The notes under the pieces: model-generated | What the model saw: the letters and a program-made list of their open reading frames with translations, nothing else | Told to the model about the DNA's origin: nothing | The model's database searches: none | In this document: positions 1 to 12,971 of the stretch, piece by piece | Numbering within the stretch: the stretch's first letter is position 1 | Layout of the letters: every line of letters starts with the position of its first letter | Made by a program: the position numbers and the translations under genes | Assembly: GCA_951406725.2 (NCBI GenBank) | Contig: OX597820.1 | Span: 117,180,001 to 117,244,000 of the forward strand | Source: Octopus vulgaris | Lineage: Eukaryota | Direction: 5' to 3' | DNA length: 64,000 nucleotides

Positions 1-1517
1 GCACGTTCGGTCCCTCAGGGATGTCCCCTCTCATCGCTTCTCTACGTATTGACTCTCAAGCCATTATTGCAGAAGCTGGCAACTCTGAGGGGCATCCCGC
101 GAGAATTGGGATGTGGGATGAGCGTGTCTGCATATGCGGATGACGTCACTGTCATAGTGTCTAGCCACAAGCATATCGAGCAGGTCGGCGAGACACTGAA
201 AGACTATGAAGCGGTTACAGGAGCGAAAATCAACCAGGAAAAATCAGTGGGCTTGTAACTCGGCACCTGGAGAAACAAGCCCATGCCGTCCACCAGTGCC
301 TCCATCATGGGACGCTGGACCGACAGTCCGGTCGAGTTGCTCGGGGTCTGGTTTGGTCCGGACCTCCAAATGGAGAAGAACTGGAACGAGATAACGAGTA
401 GGGTGGTAACTCTCGCCAGGCAATGGGCCAAGAGGAAACTGTCCCTAAAAGGTCGGGCAGAGGTGGCGAACTCGTACATCGCGTCCAAGATCTACTACCG
501 CCTGACCGTCGTGCCTTGTCCCGACACTACCATCACCAAACTAGAACGCATTCTCTTTCGCTTCTTGTGGAAAGGATGCGTCCCGATGGTCAGGCGATCC
601 ATTTTCTGTCAACACCCGTTAAAAGGAGGACTGGGCATGCCGTGGTTGATGATGCGCAGACACGCGCTGAGACTGCGACATCTCTGGCTCTATGTAGACG
701 ACGGTGAACAGGTGTGGTCGCCGTTTGTGAGGCACGCTTTCCCGCAGCTCGTCTCCATGACCGAACTGCAGTCGTGGATCAAAAATAGGCCGAGGAAGGG
801 CGAATGGCACCGCGAGTGTCGCGTTGCTCTCAAGCAACTATGCCGTCCCGGGTCGACCTGGAGTGACTTCAACACAACCAAAGCATTCTATAGGGGATTA
901 GTGGAGGGGAGGTACGACGACAAGCTCGGGGCGAACCTGGACGTCGACGAGGAATACCTGACCCGCCTGTTCAGGACGACTTTCAGGCCAGGGCCCATGA
1001 ACAACTTCCAGAGATCCCTAGCCTGGCAGAGCTACTGAGAAGCACTACCTGTTCGGGATAAGCTCTACAGACACGGCTTGAGAAACACGGAGCCGACCTG
1101 CCCGAGATGCGGTCAGAGTGACGAAACCGTTCTGCATGCACTTGTGCAGTGTCCAACAATTTCTGACCTGTGGGCCTATGTCGAACAACTGCTGTCACGT
1201 GTGGGACGAGTCGGTTTATCAGCTGAGTCTATCGTCAATATTGTCACGCCTCCTTCCTTCAAACGGGAAGGAAGAGCTATTTTCATCATCCTTGTGGCTA
1301 TGGCGAAAGAATGTATCTGGTGGACACGTCTGAAAGGATTGGAGACAAACACTTTCCTCTCTGATCAGTCTCTCATCAACTTCTTCAAGTATCACTTGAA
1401 AAGGAAAGTGAGAGTAGAGAGGCAAGTTTTGTCTAGCGAATGTTTTAAAAAAGATCGGTGAATGAAGCAAGGATGGCACGTATGAATGACAAAGCCACCT
1501 TGAGCATAATCTTATGA
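1..1517 (+). pseudogene. Disrupted LINE ORF2 (reverse transcriptase plus zinc knuckle)
   Basis: One reading frame (ORFs 49..258, 283..1038, 1078..1461) broken by in-frame stops at 256-258 and 1036-1038. Confidence 0.9.
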
Positions 1518-1892
1518 ACCCGGAAATTTAAAACAGAGGGTTACCTACTTCCAAACAAATGTGGTAATATGTAACAATATTGACCGAGGTTACTGTGGTC
1601 TTTTCCGTAAGCTTTTCTTCCCACGGATAAACCTTATCTGATTCACCCTTTACACCTTACATCATGACACTGTGATACACGATCCTATTGATGGTTTTTT
1701 TCTTTTGTTTATTTTCCTTTTTCTTTTTTTCTTTTTTTCTTCTTCTTCTTTCCCTTTTACGATCCCTTTTGATCGAAAACCTACCCCACCATTTTTTTTT
1801 CTTTCCCCAAAAAAGAAAAGCGCTACTTTGTAATCTGTCCCGTCTGTGTGCAGCCCTGTGTGGCTAATAAAGAAGCATATCTATCTATCTAC
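1..1892 (+). mobile_element. Tx1/L1-clade non-LTR retrotransposon, 3' part (RT end, zf-RVT, 3' UTR); 5' end lies outside the window
   Basis: SVPQGCPLS and AYADDV RT motifs, GAKINQEKS, LSLKGR, KGGLG and the C-terminal CPRC..ETVLHALVQC zinc knuckle. T-rich 3' UTR, AATAAA near 1865 and a short (TATC)n tail. Confidence 0.93.
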
Positions 1893-2490
1893 TGATCAAA
1901 GGAAATCATTGCTTGTGTCCATTAGTTGAGTCATGATGAGCAAGCAAACCAGCAGGGATTGTGGCTCATTGATTTTTGTTGTTGTCACTTAAAGTATGCG
2001 GAACCCATGCTCCATACTTCTGAATCTTTCCCATCAAGTGAAGACGCTTCTCTATAGCAGTGTGGGAGCATTCCATTTTCTCTGCCAGTTCCCTTGTTGT
2101 TTGAGGAGAATTTTCATGCAAAAGTTGGCTTAATTGCTCTTCATCGAACTCAACTGGACGGCCAGTATGAGGTGCGTCTTTGAAGTAAAAATATCCATTT
2201 TTGAACTTGACATACCAATCATAAGCAGTTCTTTCAACTATGGCACCCTCTCCATACACAGCACAAATGTCGCGAGCAGCTTTTATGGCCTTAGAACCTT
2301 GATTAAAAGCAAAAAGAAGGAGGTGTCGAAAATGCTCATTTTTTTAAAACTTGACATTCCATTTTAATGATCTGAAAAGAAACAAAAATTATCTAAGATT
2401 AACTAGAAAAAGAACAAAATAGATTCCAAAATGATTCAAAAATACAATTTTTGAAAAAATAGATTCCAAAATTTAAAAAAAAACAGTGGG
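1893..2490 (-). mobile_element. mariner (Mos1-like) transposon 5' fragment, truncated by the Tx1 LINE
   Basis: ORF 1966..2259: YGEGAIVERTAYDWYVKFKNG, GRPVEFD, TTRELAEKM, WVPHTLS (mariner HTH and WVPHEL-like motif). Confidence 0.9.
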
Positions 2491-2837
2491 AATATTTCAG
2501 ATGTATATGGTACTTAAATTGAGGCACCAGAATTTAGTATGGTATTATCCATATAATTTCAAAATAAGGTGATTAAAATCAAAATAAGCAACATGGATAT
2601 CCAGAGGTAATGCAGTACAATCGTTTCATGCAACTGCATTTAATTGAACAATGCAATCATTACATCAATTTAAAATGTAGAGCAATCTTCAGCTGCACAA
2701 AGACATAGAATTTAATTACATTAGAAGGACACAATGGTATATTAAATTGATGTAATGAAATGATTGCATTGTTCAATTAAATGGAGTCGCATGAAAAGAC
2801 TACATTACCTCTGGATATCCTTGTTGCTTATTTTGAT
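2490..2837. mobile_element. Inverted-repeat (pseudo-LTR-like) non-autonomous element, hammerhead family H2
   Basis: Arms of about 95 bp at 2578-2672 and 2741-2837 are reverse complements. The left side extends about 90 bp further. Confidence 0.7.
2610..2698 (-). ncRNA. Type-I hammerhead ribozyme motif with enlarged helix II
   Basis: Minus strand reads GUGCAG-CUGAAGA-U-UGC..(about 55 nt)..GCA-U-GAAA-CGAUUG-UA-CUGCAU. Helix I GUGCAG/CUGCAU, canonical core, GUA cleavage triplet. Confidence 0.65.
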
Positions 2838-2864
2838 ATATATATATATATATATATACAAGTG

Positions 2865-3247
2865 TGATAGGTTGACAGAGCGGCTATTCGAGTATGATCA
2901 TTACCAGCGTTGCCTTACTGGCCTTATGCCTGTGCTAGTAGGGTGCCAAGAACACCATCCAAGCGTGATCGTTGCCAGAGCAGCCAACTGGCTTCCGTAC
3001 CCGTGGCACGTAAAAGGGCACCATTCGAGTGTGATCGATACCAACGTTGCTTTACTGGCACCTGTGCAGGTGGCACGTAAAAAGCACCCACTACACTCCC
3101 GGAGTGGTTGGCGTTAGGAAGGGCATCCAGCTGTAGAAACTCTGCCAGATCAAGACTGGAGCCTGGTGCAGCCATCTGGTTGCCAGCCTTCAGTCAAAAT
3201 TGTCCAACCCATGCTAGCATGGAAAACGGACGTTAAATGGTGATGAT
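2865..3247 (+). mobile_element. RTE 3' UTR-derived repeat with tandem ~66-bp units and GAT tail
   Basis: GTGGCACGTAAAAAGCACC units, then GGAAGGGCATCCAGCTGTAGAAAC...CCAACCCATGCTAGCATGGAAAACGGACGTTAAA; same as the 3' UTR at 29880-30463. Confidence 0.85.
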
Positions 3248-3424
3248 ATATATATATATATATATATATATTGTATGTATGTATGTATGTATGTATATGT
3301 ATATTTATATATACATACATCATCATCATCATCATCATCGTTTAGCGTCCGCTTTCCATGCTAGTATGGGTTACATATATATATATATATTTATATATAT
3401 ATGTATATATATGTATATATATTC

Positions 3425-3712
3425 TCCTCTCGAAGACAACATACGAGCGTTCAGCTTTTGCCAAATGACCTACAGAAATGCTTTGTTTATAGTGATCAAA
3501 TGTTCGTTCCACACATTAGCTCACTCTCTCCATCAAATCAACATTACCTGAACAGGTGTACAGTGTGCCCCCCACACCAGGTGTTGAAGTTATCACAGGG
3601 CAAGATGAGATGAAGTATTTTGCTCAAGAACACAATGCCCTGCCCAGTCTAGGAATTGAAACCATGGTCTTGCAATCGTGAGTGCAACTCCTTATCCACT
3701 AGGCCATGTACC
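3425..3712 (-). mobile_element. tRNA-derived SINE, family C
   Basis: Reverse complement has A box (TGGCCTAGTGG), a B-box-like GTTTCAATTCC and GTGTTCTTGAGCAAAA. Related copies at 14207, 45400 and 58028. Confidence 0.7.
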
Positions 3713-3847
3713 CTCACACATACACACACTCACTCATATATGTGTGTGTGTGCATGTGTATTTGTGTGGGTGTGTGTGTAGGTATGTAGATGACACAAAC
3801 ACATGAAAACGCATGAATACATACATACAAACGATACACACACACAC

Positions 3848-3882
<35 letters not shown>

Positions 3883-3944
3883 TACACACACATACATACA
3901 TATATACATACTTTACTGTAGGTATGTAGATGAAATTAATATTG

Positions 3945-4107
3945 TCACTTAGCGGTTCGGCAAAAAAGAGACCAATAGAATAAGTACTGGGCTTACAAAG
4001 AATAAGTCCCGGGGTCGATTTGCTCGACTAAAGGCGGTGCTCCAGCATGGCTGCAGTAAAATGACTGAAACAAGTAAAAGAGTAAAAGAGTAAAAGAGTA
4101 AAAGAGT
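3945..4107 (+). mobile_element. SINE family A, 3' fragment with (GAGTAAAA)n tail
   Basis: Matches the 3' half of the full copies at 23870, 26195, 36162 and 54745. Confidence 0.85.
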
Positions 4108-4149
4108 ATTGTAGTTAGGCCAAACTCTAGTAACTGTAATGTTGAAACC

Positions 4150-4560
4150 AAGAGGAGTATAATGGAGAGCATCCAGCAAATAGTTAACTCCATCCACCAA
4201 AGTATAAAGCCAACCATAGATTACCCCACTAGGTACCCTAACAAGAGACTCCCTGTCCTTGATACTGAACTTTGGTTAGAGACTGTGAACAACAGAGTGC
4301 AGCTCCTCCATTCCTATTACATGAAACCCGTAACTTCCAAATACGTTGTTCACAAGAACTCAGCTTTGTCACACAACATGAAAATCAACAGACTGATAGC
4401 AGACTTAGGATAATGAACAACGTGCACTCCCCCCCCTCACCACTACCACTATGCGAACCCTATGAAACAATGAAACATGTGTGGAACTTCATGCACCACA
4501 TGCAATTCTCTGGATATGACCAGAAAGACAGGGTTCGGGTAAACAGGGGAGATAGAAAGA
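4150..4560 (+). mobile_element. Penelope-like element (PLE) reverse transcriptase C-terminal/thumb fragment, frameshifted
   Basis: NSIHQSIKPTIDYP..RLPVLDTELW..HSYYMKPVTSKYVVHKNSALS (ORF 4162..4413), continuing in another frame to FMHHMQFSGYD. Typical PLE LPFLD / Y.KP / L..SGY motifs. Confidence 0.8.
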
Positions 4561-4763
4561 AGTTAGAAAGCATTATACGTAATCGAATCCACTTCATGCT
4601 TGAAAGATTCACTACATATATATATGTAGCTACAGGAGGTTATTTAGATGGCCAATCATAGCGTGACCAATGATTTCACATCATTACTGGTCTAATTTTT
4701 AGAATATACTTCTTTTTCAGATATATGATCCACTGATGATGATGATGTTGATGATGATATATA

Positions 4764-5070
4764 TCTTTATATATAAAATTGAAGTTGTGTGTGTGAGACT
4801 CTGTCTCCTACGATTTAGATTCCTAACTACTCCCACATTTTGCGGTGCAGTTTAACCGAATTCGGGTATCTTATAGTCATCATTCATATTGAGCCCTTCT
4901 GGGTATTAGCGCGCGTCTACGATGAGTCTACGATTTAAAAAAAAAATTTACCATCATTTTTCCGCATTTTTAATGATTTTTGCTCGGGTTATATAAGGGA
5001 AGTAACTCTCTAAAATGCTTATATAGTTATTTCCCTTACAAACCCAAGCAACGCCGGGCGATACTACTAG
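4764..5070 (+). mobile_element. Non-autonomous Helitron
   Basis: 5' TC after an A and 3' CTAG before a T, with subterminal hairpin CCCAAGCAACGCCGGG. A near-identical copy lies at 16352. Confidence 0.85.
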
Positions 5071-5117
5071 TATGTATATTTATATATATATATACACAAA
5101 CACACACACACGTGTGC

Positions 5118-5281
5118 AGTGGGCTTCTTTCAGTTTCCGTCTATCAAATCCACTGACACAGCTTTGGTCAGCCCATGGCTATATTTGAAGACACTTCTCC
5201 AAGGTGCCACACAGTGGGACTGAACCTGGAACGATGTTGTTGGGAAACAGACATCTTACCACATAGCCATCCCTGCACCTG
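5118..5281 (-). mobile_element. SINE family A, 5' (tRNA head) fragment
   Basis: Reverse complement reads GGATGGCTATGTGGTAAG...GGTTCAGTCCCACTGTGTGGCACCTTGG. Confidence 0.8.
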
Positions 5282-5439
5282 TATATATATATATATATAT
5301 ATATATACTCACACACATGCATTGCAGATTGTATGTGTGTATGAATGTGCATATATATATTGTAGACAAGAGTATGTGTGTATGTTGTTGTTATTCTGTT
5401 TGAAGTTACAATTCTAATAATCAATGCATGCATCTATGC

Positions 5440-5477
<38 letters not shown>

Positions 5478-5685
5478 ACAAATTCTGTATGAAGAGAGAT
5501 TAATTGTTTTTTTTCCTGAATTTTTCATCAAAAGATCCTCTTCTCAAAGAACAATCAGTGAACCGTGACCTTGGTGATGATTTATACAGATCAGCTTCTT
5601 CATAACCACCAAATAAAGATAAAAAGAAAGAGCAGCGACCACAACCACCACAACCTCCACCACCCTTACCATTCTTCTCTTCTAT

Positions 5686-5725
<40 letters not shown>

Positions 5726-5832
5726 CCATCATCATCACCATCATCATCATCATCATCATCGTCATCATTGTCGTCATCGTCATTGTCATCATCATCATCA
5801 TCGTCATCATCGTCATCGTCGTCGTCATCATC
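5686..5832. repeat. (ATC)n/(GTC)n microsatellite
   Basis: Direct reading; source of the poly-D/H/S ORFs. Confidence 0.95.
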
Positions 5833-6424
5833 TTTGTGGTCATCCTTTTCTTTTTTCCATGTCACTTATCAGATTGTTAAATTATCGAACGAAAAAATAA
5901 TCCCAAATCAGTCAATTAAAACATCATTGACATTAAATATTTTAGCATTAATTATCATCGATTGGGCTTAGAGCTAATTTATGATGGTTAGTTTATGTGA
6001 GGAGGGTGGGGATGTTTTCAATTTAATCAACTGTGATAGTTCTACGCAAGAAGAAAAGTAAAACACACTGCAGCAGGAATTGAACTCAGACCATCGAGGT
6101 CTGAAACAAAGATATCGTAAGTTGACAACTGTACATTGCTCTCAACTTTCCACAATATGACAAGGAAGTCCAAGCTAACCAGAGAGAGACTCACTCTGAT
6201 TACTTGACCTGCTGGAGAGGATACAACAGCCAAATCTCTCTCAAATCACATTTAGCATCATCACCACCATCATCTTCATCATCATCATCATCACCACCAC
6301 CACCACCACCACCACCATCATCATCATCATATAACTTCCATTTACCATGCTGGCATGGGTTGGACCGTTCGACAGGTACTAGCAAGGTTGGTAGCCACAC
6401 CAGGTTCCATTGTCTGTTTATATA

Positions 6425-7534
6425 TATATATTTATATAAAACTGAGAATGTGTGCGTGTCTGTCTGTCTGTCTGTCTGTCTCCCTAAAACTTGAGAACTC
6501 CACAACCAATTTCATTCAAATTTTACACATGCTTTACTTAGGGTCCGGGCGAGCCCACAGCAATATCATATCTTCTCCACTACGATTCCCTAAAACTTGA
6601 GAACTACACAACCAATTCCATTCAAATTTTACACATGCCTTACTTAGGGTCCATGTAGTTTCAAATGTTCAACTTCTTGCCTAGAGCGAGCCTATAGCAA
6701 TATCATATCTTCTCCACTATTTCAGTATTACGTGTTAAAAGTGAAACAAAAACATTTCTCTATTTTATGTCAGATACTTTCACTTTAACAATAAAAATAA
6801 TAATAACAATTGAATTATATGTAGTAAGTAATAATTAAAATCAAACTAAAGTATAATATAATCATAACATAAAAAAAAAGAAAAAATAGCAATTGGTATA
6901 AAAATGCATCAATGATTTGAACTTGAATAAGTGGTTTCACATGAATGGGAATAAAGTAAAAATAAGATTAGCGTGCAGAAATGGAATAGTCCAGATGGAT
7001 AATAAAAAATTAAATTAAAGAAAAGACTATTGTCTATAAAGTATACAATGTAGAGAAAAAAGAAGATTTGAACACACCTTCAAAAAGTGTCTTGGTGCGA
7101 CTATGAAAGGTAAATTCGTCACAAGAGAAGCAAGGTTCGAGTCAACAGAGCATGCAAGGGAGTACTCGACTCGAACTTGCAAAGTGGAAATATTTTATTT
7201 TTACCTTTATATCTGGGACGTAGGACATCCCGGAAAAAAATTTTAAATGCCCCCCGTCTCCCCCCAGAAGTAGAGATAGGCTGGATTGTAGCCACACTTC
7301 TATACAAGAGGGAGGACAAGATACAATTGATCGAAATTGCAAGAGACAGGCTTACAATTCCAGTCTGTTATTTGGAGTATTGTTATCACTAGCGATATCA
7401 AGATATAACTTTGTATTTTGTATTTTATGTGTAGATGTATATATATAGATGTACATGTAATATGTACACATATATATACATGTATATACATGCACTAGCA
7501 CTATGACCCGACAACGACAGGTCTTTAATGCTAG
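6425..7534 (+). mobile_element. Non-autonomous Helitron (longer family) with an internal ~100-bp duplication
   Basis: TATATAAAACTGAG start, GACC..GGTC subterminal hairpin, CTAG|T end at 7531-7535. Segment 6482-6580 is repeated at about 6588-6720. Confidence 0.7.
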
Positions 7535-8207
7535 TATATATATATATATATACAAACAGTTTATAGCTGTTCCTGTTGATGTCGTTCAAAAGAACTGCTA
7601 ACCAAGCCTAAAGCACAGCTGCAAGATCAAGGCATGTTAAAGGCCAACTTAATTGCAAGCTGATCTGACCGATGCCTCCATAAGACACTCACGTGTGCAA
7701 GCATGTGTGCGTGTGCATGCATGATATATATTTTACATTTACAACAACCTGGATATAGATGTGCTGATCTTTAGGGTAAATGTATTGCAGGCTGCAAGTA
7801 ATTGTTCAAATAAGAAGACTATTTCTCTCTCTCTCTCTCTCTCCCCACCTCACTCTGTATATATATACGTGTATGTCTCTGAGTGTGTGTGTGTGTGTGT
7901 ATGTATATGCATATGTGCGTGCGTGTATATGTGTACAGATATGTGTGAATATACATATATATATATTTACGTACGTATGTATGTATATGCACATGTGTGT
8001 ATGTATATGTGTATATGTGTGTGTGTGTGTCTATATATATATATATATATGAACATATATATATATACATATATATATATACACCCTTCAAATCCTAAAA
8101 CAAATTCTCCAATATTTTTCCCTGCATGGCAATTCACTCCTCTCCACACACACACACACACACACACACGTGGAGAGAAGTGAATTGTCATATGTATATA
8201 TGTATGC

Positions 8208-8240
<33 letters not shown>

Positions 8241-8251
8241 TGTATGTATGC

Positions 8252-8287
<36 letters not shown>

Positions 8288-8328
8288 TTATGCATGTATG
8301 TATGTATGTATGTATGCATGCATGTATG

Positions 8329-8369
<41 letters not shown>

Positions 8370-9084
8370 GCATATCTGTGCATACAATTTATAATGTCTA
8401 TTCTTGAGATTTGCAAAGCGTTTCAGCACCACTGTACAATATGAAAATGCATTCAACAATGCTGAACAAACAACACACACACACACACACTTAGATTCGA
8501 ACACACTCTCATACAGCAAGCTTAGACCTCGCACGTATTCTTTGCATTTCAGTATTTCTGATAAGTCACATGACGTAGACACAAAATAGAGGACAACATT
8601 CCGTTTCGCATGTTTGGTTGAATGGTAAGAAAGACAAATAAATGGTAGAGAGAAAGCATGACAGAAAGTCTTTGAAAAGACAATTCATTTGTCAACTCGT
8701 GTCTGGCCAAACACAGAGATAAGCTTAGTAATATCCAATCCTTCGTAGTTTATCAGCCATAACAGCATACTATCTCATACATAATCATTTGATATCTTGT
8801 GGTTTCATATATACATATAATGTATCATTCTAGTATCATTACAGATAATTGATGATTGTTAAAGCAATTCAGAATTTAATTAATATTAATGAGAGACTCA
8901 TAAAATGCTGCTAAATTTAATAGCGGCTGAACGTAGTTATTATAGACTGTAAGAAGATTCCTACTGTTTCCAATGGTTTCCATCAGGTTGTCTGTCTTTA
9001 GAGAAGGTGGTGCTGGGGGTGGGTGGAGGTGGGTGGGGGTGTTGAATAAAAAAAAAACTGTCCACTGAATTGTACAAATTATTG

Positions 9085-9834
<750 letters not shown>

Positions 9835-9835
<1 letters not shown>

Positions 9836-10345
9836 TTAACACCCATGTTCCATGCTGGCATGAATTGAATGGTTTGTCAGGATCTGATGGGCCTCCATCA
9901 ACCGTATCATGATCCAATCCTCAGGGTTTCTACACATTGATGCCCTTCCTAACGTCAACCACTTTACAACATTTATTCAGAGCTTTTTCTTTTGTGCCAC
10001 GAGCATTTGAGAGGCTGCCATGCAGCGTTCAAGATTATGGGCTCCAATTAGGGAGAAGGGACCTTTATGCTTGGAGAAGAAGGGATAGAGCAGGGGTAAG
10101 ACATGAGAGAAAGGCCCAGAGCAGAAGCAGAATGGGTTTCTTGCTGTAGAGAAGTGACATGACTACTCACATTTTAGAAGAGCAGATGGATTGGTGAAGG
10201 TGGAAAAATGGTAAAATAGGGGTGACGAAGCATCAGAGTTGGGCTTCAAGGTATGAGGTGGGTAGGAATAAGTGGGGCACCAAGAGTGGGGTGGGGTGGG
10301 GTGAGGAGAGGATGTCAGATAGCATGGGGCAGCAAAACAGAAATG
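9835..10345 (-). mobile_element. Non-autonomous retroposon with an RTE-type 3' end and a purine/pyrimidine-skewed body
   Basis: CCATGCTGGCATG..GATGCCCTTCCTAA tail motif. Similar copies at about 19368-19745, 34830-35300, 38810-39170 and 62430-62990. Confidence 0.6.
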
Positions 10346-10459
10346 ATGATGAAGTAATCAGGGGCATATTTTAAAACTGTGACAAATGGTCTATTCATTA
10401 TTTACATTATTTACATTATTTACATTTGACGGATATTTGTCCTCATCTTATTTGTTGTT

Positions 10460-10505
10460 AACACAATGTTTCGGCTGATATACCCTCCAACCTTCATCAG
10501 GTGTC
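10460..10505 (-). ncRNA. Minimal type-I hammerhead ribozyme motif (H1)
   Basis: GACAC-CUGAUGA-A-GGUUG-GAGGGUAUAU-CAGCC-GAA-ACAU-U-GUGUU. Confidence 0.8.
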
Positions 10506-10574
10506 TTGGGGAAATTTCGAACCCGGGTTCTCATTCCTAAGGTATTTTTCAATGTTATTATTATTATTATTATT

Positions 10575-11131
10575 GAGTGAGAGCAGTGCATGCCATCGAA
10601 GTGACACTGGGGTAAAATATATGAAGCCCAGTATACCCATCATGACTACCCATCTGATAAGAGTACTCCAGGCACATGCATCACAACCATATGTGCACGA
10701 CATGGTGATCTCATATCAAGATAAACAGCACATGACCTTGCAGGTGGGGCCCAGTTAGAATTTTCTTCTGGTCAAGTAACCCATCCCACTCAAAAGGTCC
10801 CTGAATAAGGATTGTTTAAGGATGTTGAACAAACCACCCATGTTTCCAAAGGTAAATTTATTCAAACCTCTAAGAATTCCTTTCAACACACGGTGATGAT
10901 GCTCCCCCACTACTTCTGCTCGTGATCAGAGATGCACATATCGTCAGCCACTAAGGGACATGGTCAACTGGTTAAGATCAAACAACTGACAAGCAAATCT
11001 GTGGTATTGAGCAGAATATTCGCTGTAGCCCATCTTTTATACCAAGACAAAGCAATGTACATGATAACACTTCCAATCAGTTAAGATCAAAACCCTTGAG
11101 AGCCACTGTCTGGTACTGCATCAGGGCATTT
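10575..11131 (-). mobile_element. ~550-bp non-autonomous element flanked by (TAA)n, probably Dong-dependent
   Basis: Three copies in the window (here, 22030-22513, 56338-57110), all abutting TAA/TTA repeats. No ORF. Confidence 0.75.
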
Positions 11132-11142
11132 ATTATTATTAT

Positions 11143-12915
11143 TAGTATTCTATGTTTGACTTTTACTTTATATTTGTACAAGTTGGCTCCAAGTCTCACC
11201 CAGAGACCTCAAGAGACAACAGGTTGGAAGTTCATGTTGTTGTTATGCCTAGTGTACCATATATTTGGTTTTGTATTTAGTGTTGTACTAGTGAATGTCT
11301 AAAAAAAAAAAAGAAACATACGAAAATTATGTTTGTTTTAAAACTTGAGATTACATAGAAAGTATTTTGTGTAGGATATGAGCAGTTCCCATGAGCACTA
11401 TCTTTTGAATTTCTGCCATTTTGGGGTTTCCTGGTATCTGAGTTAGGTAGCAATCAGCCCCTTTTGCTATCATTCCCAGGGCACCTATGACAACAGGTAT
11501 TGTTTTAGTCTTCAGCTTCCACATTTTGCTGATTTCTATTTCAAGATCTTTATATTTGCTCAGTTTTTGGTAGGTCTTGACAGATACGTTTATATCGATT
11601 GGTACAGTCATATCAATGAGGAGGCATGTTCTTTGTCTGAAGTCTTTCAATATGATGCCTGGCCTATTCACATCTATCTTTCTGTCAGTTTGAAAGGGGA
11701 AGTTCCAGAGGAGTGAGATGTGGTCATTTTCAAGCACTGGAGGTGGATTGTGTTCCCACCAGTTTTTTTCATGGGGCAAATCCAGGCTTTTGCAAATTAC
11801 CCAGTGAATATATTGTGCAGCTCTATCATGCCAGTTGAGATACTCTGTAGGCATAAGAAGACTGCACTTGGAGACAACATGATCAATGGTTTCATTTTGT
11901 TGTTGACATACACATGTTGGGCTACTGCCGTTCTTTAATATGTTGGCCTGGTAGTTCCTTGTTGGTAGGCATTGATCTTGAGCTGCTATGATAAACCCTT
12001 CTGTTTCAGATTTTAAGCCAGAGCCATTAGCCATTGATGGATCAGGGCTTTGTCAACATCTGCATTATTCGCTCTCTTTGGGTATTTGCCATAGAGAGGT
12101 TTTTCTTGCCATTTATCATTCAAAATATCTAAGGCAGCAGTTTTAGCACGGGTTTTCATGCGTTTAGCTTTTTCTGTGCTTGTTTCTTGTATGTCTAATT
12201 CCGAAATTTGTCGTATTCGGAATTCACTTAGATATTCCTTTGCCTGTTTTGTTACTGAGTATGATGCTTTCTTGTTTTCATGTTTTGAGACAAGTTTTTA
12301 ACATCCAGTCCTCAGAGTTTTTCAGGTAGGTGTCTAGGCCAATTGTAGCAATCTTCATTGTTATTGCCAGTTGTAAAAGTCCACGACCTCCCTCTTATCT
12401 TGGCAGATAAAGTCGTTCTATATCTGCCTTAAGGTGGTGCATTCTATGCATTGTCAACAGTTTTCGTATTTTTCTGTCAAGATTACATATTTCAGTAATT
12501 GACCAGTTAACGATATTGAAACTGTAAGTCACGACTGGTATGGCTAAAGCATTGATCGCTTCAATCCTGTTTCTCGCATTCAGCTCTGTCTTGAGTATTG
12601 CTCTTACTCTGCGATAACATTCTTTCCTGATCCTTTCCTTCATCACTGAATGCTTTATTCCATCCCCTTCAATTACCCCTAGGTACTTGTAGCTCTCCGC
12701 TGGGTCTAATTCTTTTATGACATTCTGCTGGTCAAGGTTAACGTTAGATGTTTCTGTCATTTTTCCTTTGATAAAGGTAGCTTTTGCACATTTCTCGAGG
12801 CCAAATTGCATTCTGATGTCATCACTGAATTATTTAACAATCGCTAGTAAGCCCTTGAGTTGTTGGTCATTTTTTTTCAAAGAGCTTTAAATCATCCATG
12901 TAAATGATATGATTT
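11143..12915 (-). mobile_element. R4/Dong-clade RLE non-LTR retrotransposon, 5'-truncated and decayed
   Basis: HIIYMDDLKL and MQFGLEKCAK (RT), IIAAQDQ, CCHC (C.C..ETIDHVVSKC), WHD, RPGI..LLIDMTVP, KLSKYKDL, IPVVIGALG (REL endonuclease). Both ends sit in (TTA)n. Confidence 0.93.
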
Positions 12916-12918
12916 ATA

Positions 12919-12971
<53 letters not shown>

